NCBI GenBank assembly: GCA_016931035.1
Contig: JAFGFN010000026.1
Span: forward strand, 21,235-85,234
Direction of reading: 5' to 3'
Source of the DNA: Candidatus Sumerlaeota bacterium
Lineage (GTDB): Bacteria; Sumerlaeota; Sumerlaeia; UBA8349
Length of the DNA: 64,000 nt
Position 1 is the first letter of the stretch, and each line of letters opens with the position of its first letter. Under the pieces are notes generated by a model that worked only from the letters and a program-made list of their open reading frames with translations, ran no database searches and was not told where the DNA came from. Below, piece by piece: positions 9,513 to 19,423 of this stretch. A program made the translations under genes and the position numbers.

Positions 9513-10511
9513 ATGTCCAACCTGATCGACACGCTGCGAGAAAAGGCCCGCGCCCTGGGCAAAACCATCTGCCTGCCCGAGGCCGTCGACGACGCCCGAA
9601 CCGTGAAGGCGGCGCGCCAGTTCGCCGACGAGAAACTCGGCACCCCTCTCATCGTCGGTTCGGAAAAGGCCTTGAAGGAAATGGCTCAGAAAGCCGAGGT
9701 CTCGCTCGACGGCATTCGGACGATCGATCCCGCGCAGTTCGAGAAGATGGACGAAATGGTCGCCCTCTACCAGACGCGCCGCGCCAAGGAAAACCTGACC
9801 GACGATCAGGCGCGCGCCGTCCTGGTCGATCCGCTCTACTTCGGCGCCATGCTGGTCTCGATGGACCTCGCCGACGGCATGACGGCGGGCGCCATCCACA
9901 CCACCGCCGACGTGATCCGCGCGTCGATCAAGTGTATCGGCCCGCGCCAAGGACTCAAGACCGTGTCGTCGGCGTTTCTGATGATCGTTCCCGACGCCTC
10001 GTTCGGCATCGACGGCGCGCTCATCTATTCCGACTGCGGCGTGATCCCGGCGCCCACGCAGGCGCAGCTGGTCGACATCGGCGACGCCGCGGCGCAAACG
10101 TTCCGGCAACTGGTCGGCGGCGAGCCGATCGTCGCCTTCCTCAGCTTCTCGACCAAGGGCAGCGCCGACCACCCCGCCGCGAAGAAGATGGCCGACGCCG
10201 CGGCCGCCTTGGCCGAACGTCGTCCCGATCTCCAGGTGGACGGCGAACTCCAGGGCGACGCCGCCCTGATTCCGTCCGTGGGCAAGAGTAAGGCGCCCGG
10301 CAGCCAGGTGGCGGGCCGCGCCAACACCTTGATCTTCCCCGATCTCGGCGCGGGCAACATCGCCTACAAACTCACCCAGCGCCTGGCCAAAGCCGAAGCG
10401 TTCGGCCCCTTGCTCCAGGGTCTCGCTAAACCGGTCAACGACCTTTCGCGCGGCGCGACCACGGACGACGTGGTCCAGGTAGCCGCGATCACGGCATTGC
10501 AGACGCAGTAA
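9513..10511 (+). CDS. pta: Phosphate acetyltransferase (short single-domain form)
   Basis: 332 aa with the Pta/PtB family motifs (ICLPEA...DAR and C-terminal LSRGATTDDV). Confidence 0.8.
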   Translation: MSNLIDTLREKARALGKTICLPEAVDDARTVKAARQFADEKLGTPLIVGSEKALKEMAQKAEVSLDGIRTIDPAQFEKMDEMVALYQTRRAKENLTDDQARAVLVDPLYFGAMLVSMDLADGMTAGAIHTTADVIRASIKCIGPRQGLKTVSSAFLMIVPDASFGIDGALIYSDCGVIPAPTQAQLVDIGDAAAQTFRQLVGGEPIVAFLSFSTKGSADHPAAKKMADAAAALAERRPDLQVDGELQGDAALIPSVGKSKAPGSQVAGRANTLIFPDLGAGNIAYKLTQRLAKAEAFGPLLQGLAKPVNDLSRGATTDDVVQVAAITALQTQ

Positions 10512-10611
10512 AGCGGTGACAGGTTCGAAGGTTCCAGGTTGAAGGTTGAAGATGGTGGGACGGGAGCGATCGCGGAATGCGGTTGCTCCCGTGTTCTTTT
10601 GCGGCGGCCAG

Positions 10612-13600
10612 CTACTCGGTCGGAGTTCTGGAAGCTTCCGCCGGTGGCTCGACTCGGTACTTGCGTCCGAAGAGTTTCCGGATCGAAGCGCCGGCGTCGT
10701 CGAAAAGCGAATAGGCGACCGGGATCGCCAACAGGGTCAGCGTGAGCGACAGGGTCTGGCCCCCGATGATGACGCTGCTGATCGCGCGGTTCGTCGCCGC
10801 TCCCGAGCTCTCGGAAACGAGCAAAGGCAACATGCCCGCGACAAACGCGGTGGTCGTCATGAGGATCGGGCGCAAGCGGTGGCGATTCGCGATCATGAGG
10901 GCGTCGAATCGCGCCATCCCTTGGGCGCGGAGTTGGTTGGTGTGGTCGATCTGAAGTATCGCGTTTTTCATAACGACGGCGAACAGGACCAGCATCCCAA
11001 GAATCGAGAAGATGTTGAGCGATTGCCTGAAGAGGAGCAGCGACAGAAACGCGAAGGGAAGCGTGAGGGGGAACGCGAGAAGAATCGTAAAGGGATGAAG
11101 CCACGATTCGAACTGCGCCGCCATGACCAGATACGCGAACAGGAACGCGAGAACGAAGACGAAGAAGAAACCGCGGAACGCGCGCGCCATCTCGCGCGAG
11201 CGCCCGATGAGGCCCGTCTTGTACTCGGGTCCCATGTTGAGTTCGGCCGCCTTCTTGTCTAGGGCGTCGATCGCCGTCTGAAGCGAAGCGCCTTCCTCCA
11301 TGTTGGCCGAAAGCGTCACCTGCCGCATTCGGTTCAGACGGTTGATTTCGCTCGGGCCGGTTTGCTTCTCGAATCGAACCACGTCGCTCAGGGGAACGGA
11401 GCCGAGAAGCGACGAAGGGACGGTGGCCTGTTTAAGCTCTTCGGGATCGTTGCGATACAGGTCGTTGGCCTGAAGGAATACGTCGTATTGCTCGCCCCCC
11501 TCGTTGTAGTCCGAGACCTTGCTTCCGGCCACGAGCAACCGAAGGGTCGAGGCGATGTTGGAGACCGAAACGCCGAGCGCGGCGGCCTTGTCGCGATCGA
11601 TCGAGACGCCGAGTTGGGGTTTGCCGACCACGAGAGAAGAGTCGACGTCGGTTACGCCGGGGGTCTGGCGCAGCGCATCCATCAGCGCCTTGGCGTAAGT
11701 CTCCAACTTGGCCATGTCGCGTCCGCCCAGGACGTATTGAAGCGAGGCGGCCGTCATGCCGCCTCCCGAGAAGACCGGCACCTCGGCCAGGCTGACGCGC
11801 AGATTGTCCCTGGCGTGCGCGGGCAAGACGTCGCGTCGAACGTATTCCATCATTTCCATCTGAGAGAACGTGCGTTCGCCCAGATCGACCATGCGGACGT
11901 AGATGCTTCCCTGGTTCGCGATCTTCTGCTCGGTGTCGGCCACGCTGGCAATCGTATAGCGCACGCCCTCGAGTCCCCGAATGTCGGTCGCCAGCCGTTG
12001 CACCATCAGGTTGGTCGCTTCGAGCGAAGTGCCTTCGGGCGCGCGAATCGACACCTGGAACTGCGATTGGTCGTCGTCGGGGATAAAGTTCTTGGGAATG
12101 CGGCGCATGACGCTTGGGATCGTGGCCAGAAGGCCGGCCGAGACCAGGACGACGACCCAGCGATGGCGCAGAACGAAACTCAACGCCCCGCTGTACGCGA
12201 GTTCGATGGAATGATACAGAACGTTGTGCTTGGATTCGCCCTCGCCCGACGCGTCCACGCGGGCGGGCTCCTTCTTCAGCCACCGCGCCGCCAGCATCGG
12301 CGTGAGCGTGAAACTCACAATGAGGCTGACGACGATGGCCGATACGATCGTGACGCCGAAAGAATACAGAAACCGTCCGACGATGCCGCTCATCAGGGCA
12401 ACCGGGATGAAGACCGAGACGAGAGAAAGCGTGATGACCATGACGGCGAGGCCGATTTCGCGGGTCCCTTCTCGCGCGGCCTCGAACGGATCGAGTCCTC
12501 TCTCTTCGTGCAATCGAAAGATGTTTTCCATGACGACGATGGCGTCGTCGATCACGATGCCCACCGCGAGCGTCAGAGCGAGAAGCGTGAGGCTGTTGAG
12601 AGTGAACCCCATCCAATGGACCACGGCAAAGGCGCTGATAATCGAAGTCGGAATAGCCAGCGCCGAGATAGCCGTCATCCGGACGTTAGCCAGAAAGAAG
12701 AAAACCACGATGGCGGCGAAGATCGCCCCCAGAACCAGGTGCTCCTCCACCGCTCTGACCGAGTCCTTAACGAACACCGACTGATCGCGGACAATCTCCA
12801 CGCGATATCCCTTGGGGACGGACTGGGCGATCTCGACCAGACGTTCCTTGATCTTGTCCGCCACGGCAACCGTGTTGGTGCCCGACTGCTTGCGCACCTC
12901 GACCAGGACGGTCGGCGAATCGTCGAACTGCGAAAGGCTTTCCAGTTCCTCGGTGCCGTCGACGACTTTTCCCACGTCGGACACCGTGATCGCGTGGTCC
13001 CCCTCGTATCGAATGGCGATGCGAGAAAGGCCCGGCACGTCGCTCACGCGGCCTAGAGTGCGCACGGTGTAGTCGGTGGCCCCGAACTTCACGTTTCCGC
13101 CCGGCAGCTGGACGTTCTGCGTGGCGACGGCTTGCGCCACTTCCGCGGCGGAAACCCCGTGCGCTTTGAGACGCGAGGGATCGAGCTGAATGTTGATCTG
13201 CCGTTTCTGTCCGCCGATGATTCGCACTTGTCCCACGCCCTGAAGCGATTCCAGGCGGCGCTTGAGCGTCTTGTCGCAATACTCGGTGATGTTGCGGACC
13301 GAGTCGGCGGCCGTCGCGGCCAGCGTAATCACGGGCACGGCGTCGGGATCCATCTTCTCGACGAACGGCTGATCCACGCCCTTGGGAAGGTCGGGAATGA
13401 CGCGGTTGACCTTGTCGCGCACTTCCTGCGACGCGACATCGATGTTCTTTTCCAGGACGAACGAGATATAGACCTGGGAAATGCCTTCGGACGAGACGGA
13501 GCGCAGGTCGTCGATGCCGCTGATGGTGTTGACGGCCTCCTCGATCTTGTCGGTGATTTCTTGTTCGATTTCCTCGGGCGCCGACCCGGGCATGGTGGTC

Positions 13601-13746
13601 GTGACGGTCATGAAGGGGATATCGATCTTCGGGAAACGATCGAGACCCAACTGCGTGTAGCCGTACACGCCGAAGACAACCATGATGATGATCAAGACGG
13701 TGGCGAATACCGGGCGGCGGATGCAGATTTCAGCCAATACGTGCAT
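10612..13746 (-). CDS. RND efflux pump inner-membrane permease (HAE1/AcrB family)
   Basis: 1044 aa with a 12-TM architecture and AcrB-like N-terminus (RRPVFATVLIIIMVVFG). Confidence 0.9.
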   Translation of the reverse strand: MHVLAEICIRRPVFATVLIIIMVVFGVYGYTQLGLDRFPKIDIPFMTVTTTMPGSAPEEIEQEITDKIEEAVNTISGIDDLRSVSSEGISQVYISFVLEKNIDVASQEVRDKVNRVIPDLPKGVDQPFVEKMDPDAVPVITLAATAADSVRNITEYCDKTLKRRLESLQGVGQVRIIGGQKRQINIQLDPSRLKAHGVSAAEVAQAVATQNVQLPGGNVKFGATDYTVRTLGRVSDVPGLSRIAIRYEGDHAITVSDVGKVVDGTEELESLSQFDDSPTVLVEVRKQSGTNTVAVADKIKERLVEIAQSVPKGYRVEIVRDQSVFVKDSVRAVEEHLVLGAIFAAIVVFFFLANVRMTAISALAIPTSIISAFAVVHWMGFTLNSLTLLALTLAVGIVIDDAIVVMENIFRLHEERGLDPFEAAREGTREIGLAVMVITLSLVSVFIPVALMSGIVGRFLYSFGVTIVSAIVVSLIVSFTLTPMLAARWLKKEPARVDASGEGESKHNVLYHSIELAYSGALSFVLRHRWVVVLVSAGLLATIPSVMRRIPKNFIPDDDQSQFQVSIRAPEGTSLEATNLMVQRLATDIRGLEGVRYTIASVADTEQKIANQGSIYVRMVDLGERTFSQMEMMEYVRRDVLPAHARDNLRVSLAEVPVFSGGGMTAASLQYVLGGRDMAKLETYAKALMDALRQTPGVTDVDSSLVVGKPQLGVSIDRDKAAALGVSVSNIASTLRLLVAGSKVSDYNEGGEQYDVFLQANDLYRNDPEELKQATVPSSLLGSVPLSDVVRFEKQTGPSEINRLNRMRQVTLSANMEEGASLQTAIDALDKKAAELNMGPEYKTGLIGRSREMARAFRGFFFVFVLAFLFAYLVMAAQFESWLHPFTILLAFPLTLPFAFLSLLLFRQSLNIFSILGMLVLFAVVMKNAILQIDHTNQLRAQGMARFDALMIANRHRLRPILMTTTAFVAGMLPLLVSESSGAATNRAISSVIIGGQTLSLTLTLLAIPVAYSLFDDAGASIRKLFGRKYRVEPPAEASRTPTE

Positions 13747-13827
13747 GAGGGAATAGGTGCTCCATCGGATTGTGGCGCGGAAGCTTGCCCGTGAGCCACG
13801 GGCGGGACGCCCGTGTCACCCCGAAGG

Positions 13828-15069
13828 CTATCTCACCGGCGCGTTTTCCGCGGCCTGAGCGGGATCGGCGACGACTTCCTCTTTCGCGCGCAGTCCGTCG
13901 AGTATCTCCACCGTCCCGCCTTCGGCCTCGCGAGTGGCGATTACGCGGCGGCGGGCCAAGTCGTTCTCGATCACGTAGACCATCGTGGCGTCGCCCGAGC
14001 GGAACTGCGCCGAAGCGGGCAGGTAGAGGCGTGTGCGCTCGTCGCCCGTGGCGAGTTCGGCCGTCGCGAACATGCCCGGCATAAGACGGCCCTCGCTGTT
14101 GGCGACCAGCGCCTCGACCGTCAAGGCGCGATTCTGGCCCGCCACGGAAGGAGAAATGTACTTCACCAGGCCTTTGAAACGCTCGCCAGGAAAACTGTCG
14201 ACCTGGAACTCGACTTCCTGCCCCTCGCGAATGCTCCTCACGTCCTGTTGGGGCACCGTCAGCGCCAACCGCAAAGGGTCTATCTTGACGAGGGTAATGA
14301 TCTTGGAATCCGATCCCATCGGGTTGGACATAACCTTCTCGCCCAACGAGGCGTAGCGCTCGAGCACTTGAGCGTCGAACGGCGCGACGATCGAGGTGTC
14401 CTCGATCGCTTTGCGCCGGATGTCGAGTTGGGCGAGGGATTGAAGGTAGTTCCGATAGAGCTGACGCGCCTGCACAAGGGCCTGTTCGTATCGTTCGCGT
14501 CCGGCAACGAGTTCCGCGTTGGCCTGGTCGAACTCGGTCTGAGAAATCACGTTCTGCTCGTGGAGATTGTTCAGGCGGCTCCAATTGGCCTCGGACAGCT
14601 TCAGTGCCGCGTAGGCCAGACGCACTTCGGGCTGATTCTTCTCGTCGAATTCCTCGCGGCTGCTCTTCAGGCCCAACCTCACGCGCAAGGCTTCGGCCCC
14701 GGCCGCGGCTTCCGCCAACTTCTGCCGCGCGTCGGTCGAATCGAGCTGAATCAGAAGGTCGCCCTTCTTCACCCGGTCGCCGCGCTCGGCCCGCACCTCG
14801 CGAACGATACCGTCGACGTTACTCGCCACGTCGGCTTTCTCGGCCGCCTCCAGAGTGCCCGTGAGGCGAAGGATGACGCTCTCCTTCTTCGCTTCGACAA
14901 ACACGGTTTTGAGAGGAGAGCGTTTCTCGACGCCCCCTTGCGGAGCGGCGGAGGCGGCGGCCCGGGACCCCAAACTCACCTTGTCTCCTCCTCCGCAACC
15001 GGTCAGCCCCGCGCAGCATACCAGCGCTGTCGAGAAGATGAGAACCTGCGAAAAACGACTCAGAAACAT
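13828..15069 (-). CDS. RND efflux periplasmic adaptor (membrane fusion protein), lipoprotein
   Basis: Lipobox LTGC near the N-terminus. Coiled-coil hairpin plus beta-barrel pattern. Sits directly upstream of the RND permease. Confidence 0.85.
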   Translation of the reverse strand: MFLSRFSQVLIFSTALVCCAGLTGCGGGDKVSLGSRAAASAAPQGGVEKRSPLKTVFVEAKKESVILRLTGTLEAAEKADVASNVDGIVREVRAERGDRVKKGDLLIQLDSTDARQKLAEAAAGAEALRVRLGLKSSREEFDEKNQPEVRLAYAALKLSEANWSRLNNLHEQNVISQTEFDQANAELVAGRERYEQALVQARQLYRNYLQSLAQLDIRRKAIEDTSIVAPFDAQVLERYASLGEKVMSNPMGSDSKIITLVKIDPLRLALTVPQQDVRSIREGQEVEFQVDSFPGERFKGLVKYISPSVAGQNRALTVEALVANSEGRLMPGMFATAELATGDERTRLYLPASAQFRSGDATMVYVIENDLARRRVIATREAEGGTVEILDGLRAKEEVVADPAQAAENAPVR

Positions 15070-15084
15070 ATCGTAACTCCAACC

Positions 15085-15738
15085 CTAGGAGTCTTGGTGC
15101 GCGAGCGACTCGCGACAAGCGGCAATGCCGCCCAATGAAAACCGGGTAATGTGCTCGGCGTGGCGCGGGATGGACCTTTCGTCGAAAGCCGACTCCGGCT
15201 CCATGCGCGAAATGATCGCCCGCGCGTGGCTCAGAAGGAAGCACTGCGCCAGAACGCTCCGGATGCAATCGCTCACCGCTTGAGGCGAAGCTTCGGGGCC
15301 GAGCAACTCCTGCACGATGGCCCTTGCAGGCGCATGCACCACGTTGACCGCCTCCGCAACGAAAAGATCGATGGCGGAGGTAGGATCGAGCAGCTCGTGC
15401 GAGACGATTCGCATAAGGTCGTCGGGCGAACCGGCCCCAAGCATGTGCGTCAGTTGATCCGAGATAAAGTGGAAGAGCCTTTCTTCCGCGGTAACGCCTT
15501 CGTGCAAGGGCTCCCCCACCCATCGGGTCATGTGCCGCGCCAAGGCCTCTTCGAGAGCGCTGTGGTAGAGATGCTGCTTGTCGCGGAAGTGATAGTTGAC
15601 GGCGGCGTTGTTGACTCCCGCCCGCCGACAAATCGCCCGGGTCGTCGAGTTCTTGAAGCCGTTCAGGGCGAATTCCTCGATGGCGGCGTCGAGAATGCGC
15701 TCACGGGTGTCGTGGGTCTGTGACGAGTCATCTGCCAT
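15085..15738 (-). CDS. TetR/AcrR family transcriptional regulator
   Basis: N-terminal HTH (RERILDAAIEEFALNGFKNSTTRAICRRAGVNNAAVNYHF). First gene of the TetR-MFP-RND operon. Confidence 0.85.
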   Translation of the reverse strand: MADDSSQTHDTRERILDAAIEEFALNGFKNSTTRAICRRAGVNNAAVNYHFRDKQHLYHSALEEALARHMTRWVGEPLHEGVTAEERLFHFISDQLTHMLGAGSPDDLMRIVSHELLDPTSAIDLFVAEAVNVVHAPARAIVQELLGPEASPQAVSDCIRSVLAQCFLLSHARAIISRMEPESAFDERSIPRHAEHITRFSLGGIAACRESLAHQDS

Positions 15739-15958
15739 AGCGGAAGATACTAAAGCACCGGCTTCAATCTAGCGCTTCAAGCAAGGGTAACAACCCTCGC
15801 CCCCACTGTCAACGACAATTCCTCACTTCGGATGGTCGAATCGCGCGACGACCGAGGGAGTTCCTCCCGATTCCTCGTTGCTTACGCCCGCGGGTTCTGG
15901 CATGTTAGGCCGTCGAAGAATCGGAGCCGCGTCGAGCGAGAGAGAGGGACCCACCAGG

Positions 15959-17068
15959 ATGCAAATCGCCCTTATCGGGTTCAGCAAATCGGGTAAGACC
16001 ACCGTTTTCAACGCCTTGACCGGGGCCGACGCCGAAGTCTCGGCGTTCGCCGTGGGCAAGGCGAAAACGCACCGCGCCGTCGTCCAGGTGCCCGACGAAC
16101 GGCTTGACCGCTTGTGCGAGTTGTTCCAGTCCAAGAAGCTCGTCCACGCCACCGTCGACTATGTCGATCCCGTCGGCATTCGCCGCGATTTGGCGGGCGA
16201 AGGGGGCAGCCTGGGCGACGAAATGCTCAACACCATCGGCACCGCCGACGCCCTGGCCGCGGTGATTCGCGCCTTCGAAGACGAATCGGGCGTCGAGTGC
16301 GATCCCGTCGGCGATTTCGAGGCGATTCATCTCGAACTCCTCCTCAGCGACCTTAAGAAAGTCGAGAACCGCCTGGAACGCATTCGCGGCCAGATTCAGC
16401 GCGTCGCCGCCGTTCAGAAGAAGACGATGCAGGCCGAGGCGGACGCTTTGGATCGGGTCAAGACGGCCCTCGAAGCCGGACGTCCGATTCGGGCGCTCGA
16501 TCTGGACGCGGAAGAGGACCGGATTCTGCGTGCGTTTCAGTTTCTGACCGTCAAGCCGTTGCTCGTCGTCGTGAATCTCGCCGAAGACCGGATGACCGAG
16601 GGCGAGAAGACGATCGGCCGGATGCGCGACGCCGTCTCCGAAGATCCGGCGGACGCTCAGGCTTGGGAGCGATTCCTCGCTCTGTGCGGTCGCGCCGAGA
16701 TGGACATCGCGCGGCTCGAGCCCGAGGAACGGGCGGCATTCCTCGAGGAGTACGGCATCGAAGAGCCGGGGGCGGCGCGTATGATTCGCCTGTCCTACGA
16801 GGCGCTGGGGCTCATCTCCTTCCTGACGGTCGGCCCGACCGAGGCGCACGCCTGGACCATTCGGCGCGGCGCGACCGCCGTGGAGGCCGCCGGCGAGGTG
16901 CACTCGGACATGGAGCGGGGTTTCATCCGCGCGCAGGTCACGCCCTGGAGAGATCTTCTCGATGCGGAGAGCTTCGCAGAGGCGAAGAAACGCGCCCTCT
17001 TGCGGATCGAGGGGCGCGACTACGTGATTCAAGACGGCGATGTGATCGAGGTGTTATTCAACGTGTAA
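15959..17068 (+). CDS. ychF: Ribosome-binding ATPase YchF (Obg-like GTPase family)
   Basis: G1 motif GFSKSGKTT. C-terminal TGS domain (RDYVIQDGDVIEVLFNV). ATG at 15959. Confidence 0.9.
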   Translation: MQIALIGFSKSGKTTVFNALTGADAEVSAFAVGKAKTHRAVVQVPDERLDRLCELFQSKKLVHATVDYVDPVGIRRDLAGEGGSLGDEMLNTIGTADALAAVIRAFEDESGVECDPVGDFEAIHLELLLSDLKKVENRLERIRGQIQRVAAVQKKTMQAEADALDRVKTALEAGRPIRALDLDAEEDRILRAFQFLTVKPLLVVVNLAEDRMTEGEKTIGRMRDAVSEDPADAQAWERFLALCGRAEMDIARLEPEERAAFLEEYGIEEPGAARMIRLSYEALGLISFLTVGPTEAHAWTIRRGATAVEAAGEVHSDMERGFIRAQVTPWRDLLDAESFAEAKKRALLRIEGRDYVIQDGDVIEVLFNV

Positions 17069-17089
17069 GGCTTATCTCAGGAGGCGCCC

Positions 17090-17524
17090 ATGCGGTTGAA
17101 CCTGGACAAGTGGCAGACCTGGGCGGGAATCGGGGTCGTCGTCCTCCTTGTCTGGTGGCGCATGGCGGCGATCGACCGGAGCATGCCGACGGACAAGATC
17201 GCCGAGGTCATCCGGAATCGCGTGACGCGCGACTTTTCGCCCATGCTGGCTGAGGCGAAAGCGATGCAGGACGCGGGGAAGACGGAGTACGCCGCGGAAA
17301 GGATCGAGGAGTTCCGCAAACAAGTCCGCGGCGTTTCGGTCCAGAATCTCAAGGTGCGCGGGATCGGCCGCTACCGGATCGTGCGCGCCGAGATCCGGGT
17401 GAACGGCGCGCCTCCGCCCAACGGACGAAGCGTTCGCTACTATCGGTTCCGCTACACCTACGTTTCGGGATGGATGTTTAACTGGGAAGTCTCCGCGTGG
17501 CGATACTGGCTCGCCTTGTTCTAG
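17090..17524 (+). CDS. Small membrane-anchored hypothetical protein
   Basis: 144 aa with one N-terminal TM helix. Confidence 0.4.
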   Translation: MRLNLDKWQTWAGIGVVVLLVWWRMAAIDRSMPTDKIAEVIRNRVTRDFSPMLAEAKAMQDAGKTEYAAERIEEFRKQVRGVSVQNLKVRGIGRYRIVRAEIRVNGAPPPNGRSVRYYRFRYTYVSGWMFNWEVSAWRYWLALF

Positions 17525-17575
17525 GCGGCGAACCGCGCGGTTCCATTCGCAAAGCCCAGAGGAACGGACCCCAAG

Positions 17576-19423
17576 ATGAACAGGCCGATCGTTTATCGTT
17601 GCGCCCTCGCTCTCGTGGTTCTCTTCTATGCCGGTTTCGTCTGGTGGACCTGGATGCGGTGGCCCGATCCCGTCGTCGACTTCGGGCGCGAAATCTACAC
17701 CCCCTGGAGACTGAACGAAGGCGACACGCTCTACAAGGACGTCGCCTGGTTCAACGGCCCCTTGTCGGCTTTCTGGAACGCCGCGGTTCTTCGGATCCTG
17801 GGAACGTCCGTTCGGTCTCTGGCGATCTCCAACCTCGCGATTCTGGCCGGGATGCTCCTTCTTCTGAATTCCATTCTGCGAAACATGTACGGCAAGTGGC
17901 CGGCGCTGTGGTGCTTGTTGGTTGTCGCGTGGATCTTCGCTTTCGGTCGTTACCTCTGGTTGGGCAACAACAACTACGTGACCCCCTATTCTCATGAGAT
18001 CACGCACGGACTGTTCTTGTCCCTACTCGCGCTGCACTTCCAGTCCAAGGGGATGGGTTCGCGCAAGGCGGCGCTTCTCTATCACGCCCTGTGCGGCGCG
18101 GCGCTGGCCGGATGCTTTCTCACGAAGGTCGAGATGTTCGTTGCGGCGACGATGGGCGTCGCCGCCGGACAGGTCGCCTTCGCCATCCTCGAAAGACGCC
18201 TCTTCAAACCGTTCCTGGGAGCGGCAACCGGATTCCTTCTTGCGGTCCTGCCCTTCGCGATATGGTCCTGGATTCGTTTGGGTCCCTGGCCGGGTTGGGC
18301 GCAAGGGGTGTTCGGATCGCTGCACTATTCGTTCAATCCGCGCCTGCGCGATCTTCACTTCTACCGCTGGACGATGGGGACCGACTACGCGCTCGCAAAC
18401 GCGCTCTTCATGGTTCGGACGTTCGTTCTCGCGACGCTTCTCGTCGTTCTTGTTTCGGCTTTGTCGTTCAAGACCGCGGGACGACGCCTGTCCGACTCGA
18501 TGACCGTTCTCCTGACGGTCCTCGTCGCCTCGGTACTGTTCGCGTTTCGCAAATGGACCGGCTGGTCTCCGATCACGGCGATGCTTCCGTTCGCCGTTGT
18601 CGCTCAGGCCTTCTGGCTGATTCTCGCGCGCATGAAGGCAAAGGAGCCGAGCGTTTCGACTCGCGATTTCTCGAGCGGCATGGCCTTCCTCTCTTTCGCT
18701 CTGTTCCTGATGCTCAAGATCTTCCTCAAGGTCCGCGTCTATCACTACGGCTTCGTCTTGGCCATGCCCGCCATGCTCGCGACGGTCGGGTTTCTGGTCG
18801 GGACGATTCCGTCCTGGCTCGAGCGGCGCGGCGCCAACGATCGTCTGTTTCGAGCGATCGCCATCGGGGCCGTCATCGCCTTTTCTCTCGTTCATTTCCG
18901 GATCACGGTCGGATGGTACCGAGGGGTGATCATTCCGTTCGGAGAGGAGGGGGACCGGATCTGGATCTCGGATTCCTGGACCGACGCCTCGTCCGGGATT
19001 CACGAGGGACGGGGCAGAGTCCTGTATCATCTTCTCAACTACGACCTGACGAAGCGGATCGGTCCCGATCAGACCCTCCTCGTGCTGCCCGAGGGGGTGG
19101 CGATCAACTACTGGATTCGCCGCCCGAGTCCGACGCGCTACGTCAACTTCATGCCTCCCGAGTGGACGATGTTCGGCGAAGAGGAGATTGTCGGCGCGAT
19201 CCGGGCGCACCCGCCCGACTACGTTCTCCTCCTTCACCGCCCGACACCCGAATACGGCGATTGGGTCTTCGGCAAGGACTCCGGGAAACCGCTGTACGAC
19301 TGGGTCAAGAAAACCTACGTCCCCATCGAGCAATGGGGGACGTGGCCGTTCACCCAAAAGGCGGAGTACGGCGCGGTCCTCTTCAAATCGAAGTCGCTGT
19401 TCAACTCCCAGGCGCTTCCCTGA
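17576..19423 (+). CDS. Polytopic membrane protein with a C-terminal soluble domain (GT-C-like)
   Basis: 615 aa. About 400 aa of TM helices are followed by a roughly 200-aa soluble domain. Confidence 0.5.
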   Translation: MNRPIVYRCALALVVLFYAGFVWWTWMRWPDPVVDFGREIYTPWRLNEGDTLYKDVAWFNGPLSAFWNAAVLRILGTSVRSLAISNLAILAGMLLLLNSILRNMYGKWPALWCLLVVAWIFAFGRYLWLGNNNYVTPYSHEITHGLFLSLLALHFQSKGMGSRKAALLYHALCGAALAGCFLTKVEMFVAATMGVAAGQVAFAILERRLFKPFLGAATGFLLAVLPFAIWSWIRLGPWPGWAQGVFGSLHYSFNPRLRDLHFYRWTMGTDYALANALFMVRTFVLATLLVVLVSALSFKTAGRRLSDSMTVLLTVLVASVLFAFRKWTGWSPITAMLPFAVVAQAFWLILARMKAKEPSVSTRDFSSGMAFLSFALFLMLKIFLKVRVYHYGFVLAMPAMLATVGFLVGTIPSWLERRGANDRLFRAIAIGAVIAFSLVHFRITVGWYRGVIIPFGEEGDRIWISDSWTDASSGIHEGRGRVLYHLLNYDLTKRIGPDQTLLVLPEGVAINYWIRRPSPTRYVNFMPPEWTMFGEEEIVGAIRAHPPDYVLLLHRPTPEYGDWVFGKDSGKPLYDWVKKTYVPIEQWGTWPFTQKAEYGAVLFKSKSLFNSQALP

